DNA of 64,000 bases, from contig CAYTYC010000004.1 of assembly GCA_964442255.1 (NCBI GenBank), positions 1,416 through 65,415 on the forward strand, given 5' to 3'. Numbering within the stretch: position 1 is the first letter of the stretch; every line of letters starts with the position of its first letter. Positions 36,901 through 47,400 of this stretch are shown piece after piece. Below the pieces are notes generated by a model that ran no database searches, was not told the DNA's origin, and saw only the letters and a program-made list of their open reading frames with translations. A program made the translations under genes and the position numbers. Origin of the DNA: an uncultured archaeon. GTDB lineage: Archaea > Iainarchaeota > Iainarchaeia > Iainarchaeales > 1-14-0-10-31-34.

Positions 36901-39900
36901 TCGCGGGCAGTTTCACTTCCTGCCGGCTTAAATGCAGCGGGCTTTCAAACTCAAACCTTGTTTCTCCCCCGCATTCCTTTGTTTTCACAAGGAAAGAGTC
37001 TGTTCCTTCCACCGGAATCTTCAAATAATTCTTTGAAACGGACACGCAGTCAAGGATGTTGTTTACGGTAATGCTGGTTGAAAGGAAGTCTTCAACCCAT
37101 TCATCTTCCCCTTCCACTTCATTTCTTGCCCTGAAGTCAACCCTTGCCTTTGCCGTGCCCTGCATTCCGCCAAGGGGAGTGAACTCCAAAAAGCCCACGA
37201 TTTTTGCTTCCGGTTCAATCCTTCCCACAAGCTTCCTGTAATAATTGTTCCTTAACTCCATTGGCGTATCTGCGGCCGTGAAACTGAAAACGCCTATCTG
37301 GTTGCTTTCCCATTCAACTTTTGCCTCCAAATCCTGAATCATCACAGGCCTTCCGTCAACCGTGCAGTTGTTTTGAACCTCAAGGCTTAAGGTTATCGGG
37401 TCTCCCTCTGTCCTGCCGCTCCATGCGTTCTGCGTAACATTCAGGCAGCCCGGCTCATCCACTTCCCCGCCTATTCCCACTGAAACAATTAACGGAATTT
37501 CAAACACCCATTCCGATTCATTCGAGCCAAGCCTTACTTCAACCTGCCCTTTCATCTGGAACCTGTTGGAGAGGGTTCTGCCCTCGTTTGAAAGCATTAC
37601 CCCGACTTCAAATTCCTTGCTGTCCCCGCTCCTTAAAATTCCGCCCGCGTAATTTCTTTCCAGCGAATTATTCATTGTCTCCGTGTCCAGGATTCCGCGG
37701 AAGTTTCCCGTCACCCCAATGCTTCTTACTTCCAAGTCAAACTGCACCAAGCTCTCCAATTCAAGCAATTCAATTGACGAAGGCTTTTTCGCCGTGTTCA
37801 GGGAGGAACTCATTTTTTTCGGCGAAAAGGACACGATGTTTCCGTCCACCCACACGCTGTGCTCTACCGGATTAAAGCCCTGTTTTTCTGCCTTTATTTT
37901 CAGCCTTGCGCCCGGTTCCTGTGGGGGAATAACCAAATCAATGTTTCCCCTGTCCGGGAGTTGGCTGGAAGTAAAGCCTTCATCCAGAATGGTGCCGAAT
38001 TTGTCCATTGCCTTTACGAACACGTCTCCTTCTTCCAGGCCTGTTTCAAGGTCTTTCACTTCCACGGTGATTGTTTCCTTTATTCCTGAGGCAATTGTTT
38101 CCGGCTCAACATTTATCCCCAAATTTTTTGCCGCGTCAATCTCAATCCAGTTTTCATTGAAGTAAACGACTTTTCCTCCTTCCCCGCGCTGTTCAACCAA
38201 CCTTATCCTTAACCCTGTTTCAACCGGATTTAGTGTGGTAAAGGTTAATGAGCCGCTGATGCTTTTGTTTGGGCTGAAGTCAGGCAATTCAATCAACGGT
38301 AGCCGGGATTTTTTTTCCGCGTTTCCCCTTACCGGCTGGTTGTTGGGTTTGGTGATTGAGTATTCCCCGAAGCCCAAATCTTCCCCGGGGTTGTCTATGC
38401 GGAGCGTGGCGTTTGTGTAAATTCTTTCCCTTTCATTGTTCACCAAACTGAAAACAAATTTGTATTCTTTCAGCAGTTCCGCGTTGTAGGGCTCTTCCCC
38501 CACGTCTTCCGTCAAACGCTCGCCCAAATCAATTATTGTCGCGTTAAAGCAAAACCTGTCATCGCAGAGAGTGTCGCCTTCCCCGATTGAATAGATTTTT
38601 TCTTTTGCCTGCGCGTACAGTTCCTCTTCCACAACCCCCGGCGCGGGGTCCCTTACAGTCTTTCCGCCTGTTTTTCCCCATGCCCTGTAATACAGGTTCA
38701 CCGTGTCTGAGAGTGAGGCAAAGTCTTTTACCTGGATTTTTATTTTCGCGAAGTAAGTCCCCTCTGTCACTCCCCTGCCGGCGTTTGTCCAAACAATGTT
38801 CGCCCACTTCGCATCCTCGCTTGTCACGCTCCTTAAATCTTCTTCAACGTTGTTTCCCGTGTACTTAGTGAAAAGCATTACCTTGTCCGCGGTGGAGTTA
38901 ACTGTCTTGATTTTCACCACATCGTTTTCCATGTACGCCTCTTTTCCTGCGCGGAAATGCAGCCCGATTTCATCGAATGACTGGTTTTCCGGAACCTTTA
39001 ACTTGAATTCCGCGTAATAGCTTTCGCCCGGCGCAAGCACGTCTTCCACAACCCTGTCGTCTATTGTAAGCCCCAAAAACTCCATTACAATTTTGTCTTC
39101 TGTTGCAACAACAAGCCTGTCCAGTATTATTTCCCTTCCTTCCAGGCTGTTTGGAATTACCCCGATTTTTTCTCCCCGGTAGGTCGCGTATCCGTCCATT
39201 GTCACCTTGAAGTAAACCGTTTTTCCCGCCTTTGTTGTGTACAGGGAAACGCCTTCCGCGTTTGTCGGCACGGTTTCCAGCTCCGAATCATCAGCTGAAT
39301 CATAGAAAGTCACAAAAGCGTTCGCGATTGCCTCGCCTTCCTTGTCTTTTACCTTAACCCTTATTGCGCCTTCAGGCAAAACCATTGCCACAACCAGTTC
39401 AAAGTCTTCCGCAATCCTTCCCGTAAAGTATCCTTTGTCGCTCCACCCGTGCAGGTTTCCGTATGAGGCGTATGCCATGTAGGTGCCGTCCTGTATTCCC
39501 TTGAATGTCACGTAGCCGTTTGAATCGGCGTCAACCCTTTGCCTTTTTGCGGTCACCGGCTTTTGTTCCTCGTCAAACAAACTCACCAATGCGCCTATGA
39601 CAGGCTTTCCTGTGCCTTCATCTATTACCCTTACCTTTAAATCCGCGCCGTTCACGCGCGGAATGTACCTTGTCAGCTTGAGCACGTAAATTCCGTCGGA
39701 AACCTTGAACGGCCAGTCATCGTAAATCAGGTAATCCTCGTGTTCAACCTTTACCCCGTATTCCCTGCCGGTGTCTTCAACCAAAAACTTTACTTTTGCA
39801 AGCTTGTCTTTTTCTGTTGTGCGCTGGTCTATCAGCGCTCCCGCATCATTGTACAGGCTGACTAATGCGCCGTCAATCGGCTTGTTTATGCCGGTTTCCT

Positions 39901-41290
39901 GCACCTGCATTGTAATGTATCCTGAGCCTGGCCCGATAATGCAGTCCGGGTCATCCCCATCAACATAACCGTCCAAATCATCATCAACGCCGTTGTCGCA
40001 GATTTCTGTTCCCCCAACACAATCCGGGTCATCCAGGTCAATGTAGCCGTCGCCGTCATCGTCTTCGCCGTTGTCGCATATTTCTGTTTCATCTTCCGGG
40101 CAGTCCTCCCAGTCGTCAAAGTCCGTGTAGCCGTCTCCGTCGTCGTCCAAGCCGTTTCCGCATATTTCTATGCCCCGGCAGTCCTCGTCATCCAAATCCG
40201 TGTACCCGTCTTCGTCGTCGTCTATTCCGTTGTCGCAGATTGTCTCCTTGTCGGGCGTGTTTCCCGGGTCTTTGGCAGTGCGCATGTAAATTGTTTCAGT
40301 GGCTGTCTGCTCCGCCCTCACAACAACCTGCACAAGCTCCGGCAAATAGGCTGGAGTGTCCTCCGGGTCTGTGACGCTCACGTAATAGCTTCCCGCCGGA
40401 ATGCCGTCAAACACGTATTCCCCGTACATCGTGTAGCCGAACCTTCCTGTTGAAAGGTAAACGCTTTCCATGAGTTCAACTTTCAGCCCGTCAATTTCTT
40501 CCCCTTCGTAAACAGCCCTTACCACCAGTTTTCCTGATGATTCTTCCGGGGCGTCTGCCTGCAGTTCAATTATTTCCGGGTCTCCCCTTGCGGAATGTGA
40601 AAGCACGGGGTTAAATCCTGCTCCTTCCACGCTTACGAGAAGCGTTCCGCAGTCTTTTGGCTCCGATACAATGGTTTTTCCGGTGTAAACTGTCGTCCTT
40701 TCGGGGGCAGGGCTTGCCCCTGCTTTGGTGCACTGGAACCTTAAAATAAGTTCTTCGCCTGAAAGCAGTTTTCCTGTTTCCTTGTCAACCAATTGGATTG
40801 TTCTTCTTATTGGCGCGTCTTTGCCTTCTTCTGTTTTAAGCGTTATTTCCACAGGCAGTTCCATGTCCGGGGAAATGAAAATCGTTCGGGCGAGTTTTTC
40901 GTATCCTTTGTGCTCTATGCTCAAGTCAATTAATGCGCCTTCGTTTGCTTCCAGTTCCGGGCTTAATCCTAAGGCATTTGTTTTTCCCGCTTCAAGCGTT
41001 GTTCCGTCCGCGCTTAAATTGAGTTCAACTCCTGAAAGCGGGGTGTTCGTGCTTTTGTCCAGCACCTTGAGCTGGAATGAAACCTTTTGCGGGGAAATTA
41101 TTTCCGGGAACGCCAGAAAAGTTATTCCAAGGAATAGCAGCAAAACAATTATTATGAGGAAAAGCAGGAAAGAGGGAATTACTTTGTCTATTTTGTCCAC
41201 GAGCCGGTATACTGGTATTTTTTCGTTTATTTTGTCGAGAAAATTGTACCATTTTTCTTCCAAGCCGTAGTAGGCTTCCTTTAGGCCCAT
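33986..41290 (-). CDS. Giant surface protein 2 (2434 aa): the same N-module plus TM, CarboxypepD_reg-like repeats, four tandem Asp-rich Ca-binding repeats, a Ser/Thr linker, and a C-terminal head paralogous to giant 1
   Basis: N-terminus MGLKEAYYGLEEKWYNFLDKINEKIPVYRLVDKIDKVIPSFLLF. Four tandem (E)ICDNGxDDDxDGYxDxDDxDC repeats. A TSSTTSTTTGETSTGSPDTKSTEE linker is followed by a hydrophobic Gly-rich segment. The C-terminal head carries YIYCDATQLS and YLIRDGYSADFQKDF. Confidence 0.85.
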   Translation of the reverse strand: MGLKEAYYGLEEKWYNFLDKINEKIPVYRLVDKIDKVIPSFLLFLIIIVLLLFLGITFLAFPEIISPQKVSFQLKVLDKSTNTPLSGVELNLSADGTTLEAGKTNALGLSPELEANEGALIDLSIEHKGYEKLARTIFISPDMELPVEITLKTEEGKDAPIRRTIQLVDKETGKLLSGEELILRFQCTKAGASPAPERTTVYTGKTIVSEPKDCGTLLVSVEGAGFNPVLSHSARGDPEIIELQADAPEESSGKLVVRAVYEGEEIDGLKVELMESVYLSTGRFGYTMYGEYVFDGIPAGSYYVSVTDPEDTPAYLPELVQVVVRAEQTATETIYMRTAKDPGNTPDKETICDNGIDDDEDGYTDLDDEDCRGIEICGNGLDDDGDGYTDFDDWEDCPEDETEICDNGEDDDGDGYIDLDDPDCVGGTEICDNGVDDDLDGYVDGDDPDCIIGPGSGYITMQVQETGINKPIDGALVSLYNDAGALIDQRTTEKDKLAKVKFLVEDTGREYGVKVEHEDYLIYDDWPFKVSDGIYVLKLTRYIPRVNGADLKVRVIDEGTGKPVIGALVSLFDEEQKPVTAKRQRVDADSNGYVTFKGIQDGTYMAYASYGNLHGWSDKGYFTGRIAEDFELVVAMVLPEGAIRVKVKDKEGEAIANAFVTFYDSADDSELETVPTNAEGVSLYTTKAGKTVYFKVTMDGYATYRGEKIGVIPNSLEGREIILDRLVVATEDKIVMEFLGLTIDDRVVEDVLAPGESYYAEFKLKVPENQSFDEIGLHFRAGKEAYMENDVVKIKTVNSTADKVMLFTKYTGNNVEEDLRSVTSEDAKWANIVWTNAGRGVTEGTYFAKIKIQVKDFASLSDTVNLYYRAWGKTGGKTVRDPAPGVVEEELYAQAKEKIYSIGEGDTLCDDRFCFNATIIDLGERLTEDVGEEPYNAELLKEYKFVFSLVNNERERIYTNATLRIDNPGEDLGFGEYSITKPNNQPVRGNAEKKSRLPLIELPDFSPNKSISGSLTFTTLNPVETGLRIRLVEQRGEGGKVVYFNENWIEIDAAKNLGINVEPETIASGIKETITVEVKDLETGLEEGDVFVKAMDKFGTILDEGFTSSQLPDRGNIDLVIPPQEPGARLKIKAEKQGFNPVEHSVWVDGNIVSFSPKKMSSSLNTAKKPSSIELLELESLVQFDLEVRSIGVTGNFRGILDTETMNNSLERNYAGGILRSGDSKEFEVGVMLSNEGRTLSNRFQMKGQVEVRLGSNESEWVFEIPLIVSVGIGGEVDEPGCLNVTQNAWSGRTEGDPITLSLEVQNNCTVDGRPVMIQDLEAKVEWESNQIGVFSFTAADTPMELRNNYYRKLVGRIEPEAKIVGFLEFTPLGGMQGTAKARVDFRARNEVEGEDEWVEDFLSTSITVNNILDCVSVSKNYLKIPVEGTDSFLVKTKECGGETRFEFESPLHLSRQEVKLPATGEQEVTVFHDSGKFPGLYPIYVKVTGAGEVSGREIQRIDAELEGIGCIRLSKYFLDIYDDPDVMYDGYDTLTVQNYCHSKEVELEFDVKSIWKAMKDAIIPTLIGVGVHIATDFIQNKLNGTKKPREADLGKNGKEKVVEPDSRGRTPINLDLPEIPESNPSLTNPNLGLTVGETDPDKHGPPGGTSSTTSTTTGETSTGSPDTKSTEEGAAISGGDSGSEETESGESPPESGVAPKESPQPTGLVSATVQPTGMFVTELLSGIPLVGNILGALPGFSTGLGPIWTGIIGFATNTVINYINQEPVIINSLQADVEIQDEWELFKQVLPEKIVEDGITVERGDTKASFVGENTVEGGETFEEIELKFINTGNLKQEDPLRPLFRVLEVTGTQFFYKHKDNAKLDEDDLEDFEEMSAENRLDEFANRLVDRTEKVDKYFNLEFLSYDESDIPVHGQGYGECRLGNKTGSTGANAVPRVKFDWRWDLHNAETGDYRCDEGNEDYIYCDATQLSTEILKKINKLVGENGVLETMGAYCPSGAICGAYSTLTLPKFFEEMEKSGEVLDPIQKEKARQLYKFNAYLIRDGYSADFQKDFHSYATTSAFFEAPEFYMGNEGLGAYFNNPSLFEFDYAAKMLSVNAPIRKPGLYEVEIEISFNDESYTLFVGGQPNAKITVHLNQKADAWPPSPFYYLPFNGRIGMDNDRIGYGVNFSGEEININNTGDVVHTSSAQGQAQVHTLETKVEDSLKALNMDKRGVILEVKRNNDELTSMDFSPSKATSVVMEIEDTGTESVYAFYTATVDGEAQNLGDNGLTKWVGLPEGENACRDFGDAPNDLFEVPDTHGSSTPLSRDLYEYGFHWNDPVKYGKVFMQTIFFTPQEAVSKLSVARKSGTLKFHTAVEENITGATTLSGFRSDEVKTVEDLFDLMEQEKVCLTDTKSEVLAEFWWNPETVAEPLEPVIQKLNIEETCIQ

Positions 41291-41473
41291 TGGTTTTACC
41301 TCGCAGAGTGAAGACCGTATATATTGTTCTTTGGACTCTTTTTATTACTTTCTTTCATTATGCCGCAGACTTTAGTGAACCTTTTTTTTAACAAAAAGGG
41401 CCTGAGGACTGAATTGTTATAAATAGAGTTTTGCCATTTAAAAGCCTTTGCCTTTCTTTTTGGGTGTTGGCGG

Positions 41474-44400
41474 CTATTTGCTGGCTTCCAGCTTTGCCAG
41501 CAAAGCCTTAAGCTCTGTGCTCACTTTTTCCTTGTTCCAGCTCAGCTCAAGGCCTGTGGCGTATCCGTCCCTTACGTCCAGCGGCTCAAAGCAAACCAGC
41601 TCGTTTTTAATCCTGTCAATCATTGCCTTGATTGTTTCCCCTGAAAGGTTTGCATTGCTTAAAACGGCTTCTTTTGGCTGGGTTCCGCCCGGGTGCGTGA
41701 TTTCGCGCGGGTTTTTGTTGAAGAAGTCGACAATGCTTGCTTCTGCCCTGCCCTGCGAGCACAGCACGGAAAACTTAAGCTGCCCTTTCATTGGCACAAA
41801 GGCAAGCGCCAAAAGCCCGGTTGTGCCTGTGCTTTTCTCCGTGCTTATTACAACACTGTGCCTTTCCTCTGTTGCGCCTGCGCAGAGCTCCGCCATGTTC
41901 CTTATCCTGTCCTCGAACTGGCCTTCCGCGCTCAGCCATTCAACCATTGGCTCCAGTTCCTCGCCCACTTTGTGGCCGGAGATGTCCGTTATCTCGTAGT
42001 AGAATCCTTTTCCTTTTTCCCCTCCTTCCAGTTCAGCCTTAATGTTCACGGGATTTGAGGGCGTGTACTTAATTAGCCCGCTTCCGCCTGTTCCGCCGTA
42101 TTTTTCAATCCTTAAAAGCGTTCCTGTTTTTGTTTCTTCAAGGCTTTGCGGGAACTCAACCCTGAAGTGCATCACTCCGCCCACACCGGTCTTTAATGGG
42201 GCTCCGTCCATAAGCTCCACTTCCGGGGCTCCGCTGTCAGCGTTGTCTGTGAAGACGCCGTAATCGTATATTGTGACAGGCAAGATGGAGCTTGCGGGCG
42301 TTGAGCTGAATCTTCCGTCAACCTTTCCGTCGAACGGCATTTCAAACAGGAAGTTTTTCACATATTCCTCCATTCCTTCAATGTCTTTCAGCAAGTTCAG
42401 CCTCTCGAAGGTAATCTCAAACTTTCTTTTGTCTTCTTCCGCCTTTCCCCAAAGGTAGTTTACGTTCACCTTGTATTCGCCTGCGTTGATTTCTTTTGGG
42501 GGAAGTTTTTCAACGTTTTTTCCGTTAAGCGTTGTATCTGGCGCACCAAGCCCGCCGATGTTCTTGTATGTTGACGCAAAGTCCCCGAACAATGATTTTG
42601 TGTAAGCTTCGTGCATTAAGTAGGAGTTAACCGTAATGTTTTCGTTGTAGAGCCTGTCTATTTCGTCTGTTGTTATCCCTGAAACCTTTTTCCCTTTCTT
42701 GATTATCTCGTTTTTCATTTCCTCCTCTTTTTCCCCGAAATCCTTGTTCCTTGTGCCGAGCTTGAATGAGGTTCCCTTGTAAAGCTTTTGCAGGAACTGG
42801 GCGGCAATTGGCGTGTCAATGGCTTTGGCTATCTTGCCGTCGTCTTCCACAATTATTGCAATCCTGCATACGGTTGCGTTTTCTTTAAGCGCGTCGCAGC
42901 ACCCGCTTGGCGGATAGGTCGTGGTCGGGGTGCTGCGCCAGTCCGCGCATGCCGCCCTGTCATCTTCCATTGCATTTTCAAGCCTGTCATGCATTGCCTT
43001 GAATTCGTTGAATGTGAGCACGTAATATTTTCCGGTTATCTGCTCTGCCCCAAGGTCTTTCAATGTTTTAATTTCATCTCCGGTGAAGCCTTTGGTGTTC
43101 ACTTCAGCCACTATGTCCAGATGGTCAACTGCCGGCGCGCTTTTCATTTCGCTTAAAAGCCTTGAAGCCCTTTCAACAGTGGCGTCTGCCTCTTCCGGCA
43201 TGTCCCCTGCGGTTGCAAGCACTGCTTCCGCGAATTCTGTGTCCAGCACGCCCTCAAGTTCAGACGGCCTCAGGGGTTTTGGCTGCCTTAGGATACGCCC
43301 TGTTTCACCGTCCAAAAAGAACGCCAACTGTGTCCTTCCGCCTTCAGGGTCGTCGTCGGTTATTGCCTTCTGTGCCGCCGCAAACCTGTACAAATTGTTT
43401 GAGTTTTTTTCGCAGACCTTTGTTTCGCTCCACTCATCCTCAATGCAGTCGTTGTTTTCAACCTTTTCCGTGAATTCCTTTATGGTTTTGGCTTTCTGGT
43501 CAAGCGAAACCGCGTACTGCGCCCCGTCGCAGAACATTGCGTTTTCGTTTACCGAACTGTCGCAGATATTTTTGCCCAGCGTCTCCAAGTCCCCGTAATC
43601 CCATTCAAACAACAGCCTGTCAAAGCCGTATTTTGTTATTACCCCGCTTCCTGTTTCAGCGCCCTCCTTTTCACAGCCTGCAATTTTTTCCCTGAGCTCC
43701 TGCTTCAGCAGCTCTATTTTTGCTTGGCGTTCTTCCGGTGTAAGCCCTCCAAGCTCTTCTTCAACTGTTTCCCTCACTTTTTCTTTCTCTTCTTCGGGAA
43801 GCTCGCATTCCTTCAGTTTTTTCATTATTTCATCAGCTTTTCCTTCAATTTCGTCCAAACGTTTATTTGCTTCGTCAAGCACTCTCTCATAACAGTCCTG
43901 TGTTTTGTCTTCCCATTCGCCTGGCCCTTCCCCGTCGCCTTTCACGTTTACCTTGAACGGCATAATCACGTCCGCAACCCTTGCCGGGTTTGGCCTTATG
44001 ACTTTCACGTGCAGGCTGCCCTCAAACCCCACCATGTCTCCCTTCGTTTTCCCGAGCTTTTTCACCATGAGCTCAATGTTTTTTCCGCCGTCCACTTCCT
44101 CAAATGAAACCCTTATGTTGTCTTTTTCAAACGCCTTTTGCCCCCAAATCCGCAGCCTGTCCTGTTGCCCGCATTTTTCTGCGTCCCTTTCGGTTATCAG
44201 CACCGGTGGAGAGGGCTTCCACTTGAATGTGCCCCCGTCAAAGTAGTACTCGTCTATTGTGAATCCGAGCTCGAATTCAAACCGGTTCCTGATGCATTCT
44301 TCCGGGGAAACATCCGGGTTTCCGTAGTAAACCCTTCCGCTCAGCCCTGAAGCCAGTTCCCATAAGTCTTCCACCGTAATCCTGAACGGCACGTAATCCT

Positions 44401-47400
44401 CAAACCCGTAGCGGTTTGTGAAGTAAACCTTGAGCATTGACGGAGTCCACGCCCTGTAATAAAGGTCGGATAACTCCCACCTGAACCTTAAAAGCTTTCC
44501 AATTGGGTCCACGTTGTCTTTAATGGATTTTTCCACGCTTTTCTGGTACTGCGTGGGGTCCTGAACTTTTATCAGGCTGAAAACCATTTCTTCGGTTGCC
44601 TGCCCGTTTGGCCCGATTTTTGTTCTCGGGGGCTCGTCTATTATCACGTTGTCCGCAATCAAGTACTCCTGAATTGTGGTCGGCGTTCTCCCTGCTGCAG
44701 AGACCCCTGCGCCTTCCCTGTAGCCGCGGTCGCTTAAATTGGATTCAAAGAAGCTCAAGCCTTCCACTTTAATTGGCCTGTCCCTCTTTAAAATAACCCC
44801 CTGGTTGAAGCACGTGTTTGTGATTATTCCCTGCTGCGGTTTCGGGAAAAGGCTGTTGAACTGAAAGGTTCTCCTGTTCAAGGTGATGCAGTCCGAGTAA
44901 TCCCGTATGTATTCTGACTGCACAAGGTAAAGCAGTGTGTCAATGTCTTTCTTGGTTTCCTCCGATGCAGCAAGCCCTGCCCTTATGTGCACAGGGTATT
45001 CCCCGAAAAAGTAAGCGGGCTGGACAGTGAATTCCGTTTCCTCTTTTGGCTCAAGCGTCCCTGAATCCGGGCTGACCATTAAATTTTCTGAATCCACTTC
45101 AATATCCACTGTTGCCCCGCAGTTGTTTATTGCCTTGAATTTTCCCTGGTTTGCCATTCCGTATCCGTGTAATCCGCTGTAAGCCGGATCCATGTATCCG
45201 CCGCCGTAAAAGGGCTGCTGGTATCCCCCGTAAGGGAAGCTTAACTGGTTCCAGTTGTTGTACAAAATGTCGCTGCTTCTTCCCGCGCTTCCAATTGAGG
45301 TGTTAGCGTAATAGGAGCTGGAATACCAGTCCGGGTTGTCCATGTTGCTTAACCTGTAAAAGTTGTTGTAAGAGTTTGGGTTCTGGTAGTATGCGCCTGT
45401 TGAAAGCGGATTGTATCCAAAATAGTTTTGGTGCATTCCGTAACCCAAATTGTATGGGCCGAATTCCAGCCTCTGCGAACCGATGGCGCGGATTTCCATG
45501 CATTCAAGTATGTCGTTTATTGAAACCTCTGCCTCAATCTCAGCCTTTATTTCCTGCAATCCCTGTTCTGTGGGGTTTGTTGCCTGCACAATAAGCCTTG
45601 CGGTTCCCTTTGCGCTCTTCAATACATCCGGGTCAAATGTGAAAGCAAGGCTTGTTTCACTGTTCGTGGGCAGTGACTCCGAGAGCCCCCTGAACTTTGA
45701 GGTTAAGTCAACGCGCCGGCTTCCCTGAATGTCCGCGTCCACGCTGAACTCTCCCACAGGGTTTTCGTTCCATAAAACTTTTGCCTGCAGGTTTTTGAGT
45801 GCAATGCTTTTTCCGTCAACAGAGCAGTTGTTTATGAGCACAATGCTTTGCCCCACTGTTTCTTTTCCGGTTAAAATATTCCATTTTTCTTTTGTCAGCA
45901 CCAAACACTCCAAATCATCCACTTCTCCCCCAAGGCCGATGAACACTTCAATTGGAACCTCTATGCTGAACGATTTTTCTGTTTCCTGGTTTGCAAGGTA
46001 TGCGAGGATTTTTCCTTTAACAGTCCTAACCTCATTTAACGCCTTTCCTTTCGGGCTTAAGCTCAACCCGAAAGCAATGCTGTAATCCAGGCCTTTCACT
46101 ATTTCAGCCCCAACGTATTGCTCCAACAGCCTGAACCTCAAATAGTCGGTGAAGTCCCCGGAAAACTCGATGGCTTCAATTGTCAGCGGCAAGTCCGTGA
46201 GGCTTCTCACCACAACATCCCTTTGCACTTCAAAGTCTTCAACCACGCTCAGGCTTTCCGTTATCTCTTCCGGAGTGAAGCTTAAAACATTCGGCTCCAG
46301 CTTAACAGTTTGCTCCACTGTTTTGTATCCGTTTTTTTCCGCTTTTATTGTAAGTTCCGCGCCGGGCTCAAGCCTTTCCAGCGTTAAAGTGTAAACGCCT
46401 TCACTGTCGCTTACTCCGCTGTAAGCCATTTCCCCGTTCACCTTGATGTCCACCCTCACCCCGGGAATCCCTTTTCCGCCGCTGTCCGTGAAGCGCAGGA
46501 TTACGTTGTTTTTAATGAACGGGACAACCATTAAGGGCAGCATTTCCAGTTCCATTTCCTTTACCGCTTCAACCTTTACCCTGAAGTTTTTGGAGAAAAC
46601 CCTGTTTTCCCCTCCCGCCCCGCTCGCAACAATCTGGAAGTTCAGGTTGTTTGTCCCTTCCTTCATGGTTTTAAAGTTTACCCATCCCTGCACGGTGTCG
46701 CCTTTGCTTATGTTCCCCATTGGAGCTGTTAGCTCAAACCTGTCCGCGTTTCCCGCGCTTTTCGCTGAGGTGACGTCTATGACCTCGTATTCCCCGAACT
46801 TCAGCCCCTCGTTTTCGGATTTTATTTCCAGTTTTGCGTCCGGGCTGTATTCTTCCCCCACGCTTGTCAGGCTGAATTTTAGCCGGTAGTTTCCGCTTAT
46901 TTCCGCGGGATAGCTTTCCACAACCGTTGTTTCGCTTCCTGTTTCAATGTTTGCCATGGTGAAGCTTGAGCAAAAGCTTTTTCCGCACAAATTGCTTGGG
47001 CCTAAAGTGTAAACCTCTGTTTTAACCCTTGCATAAAGCGCCTGTTTTTCGGAGTTTTCCTTTGAGGCGCCCAAAACAGAGTCCGACGGAAAGCGGAGAA
47101 CGCTTTCCCTTTCTCCCCACGCGCGGTAATGGATTTCAAGCTTTTCCCCGCTTCTTGCCGCGTCCCTTACCTGTATTTCCGCTTCAATCTCCATTATTCC
47201 TTCATCCACGTCCATCCACTTGATGTTAGCCCATTTCGCGCTTCCGCTTGTCGTGTGCTGGCTGTCAACCGCATGCCCTTTTGGGGGATTGTATGAAGTG
47301 CCTTTCAGGATTACTGCGTCCGATGCCGTGGCGCTTTTAATGTGCAGGGAATCCTTTTCGATTATGTTGTTTGTGTTGTCCGCGCTTTTTCCTGTGCGGA

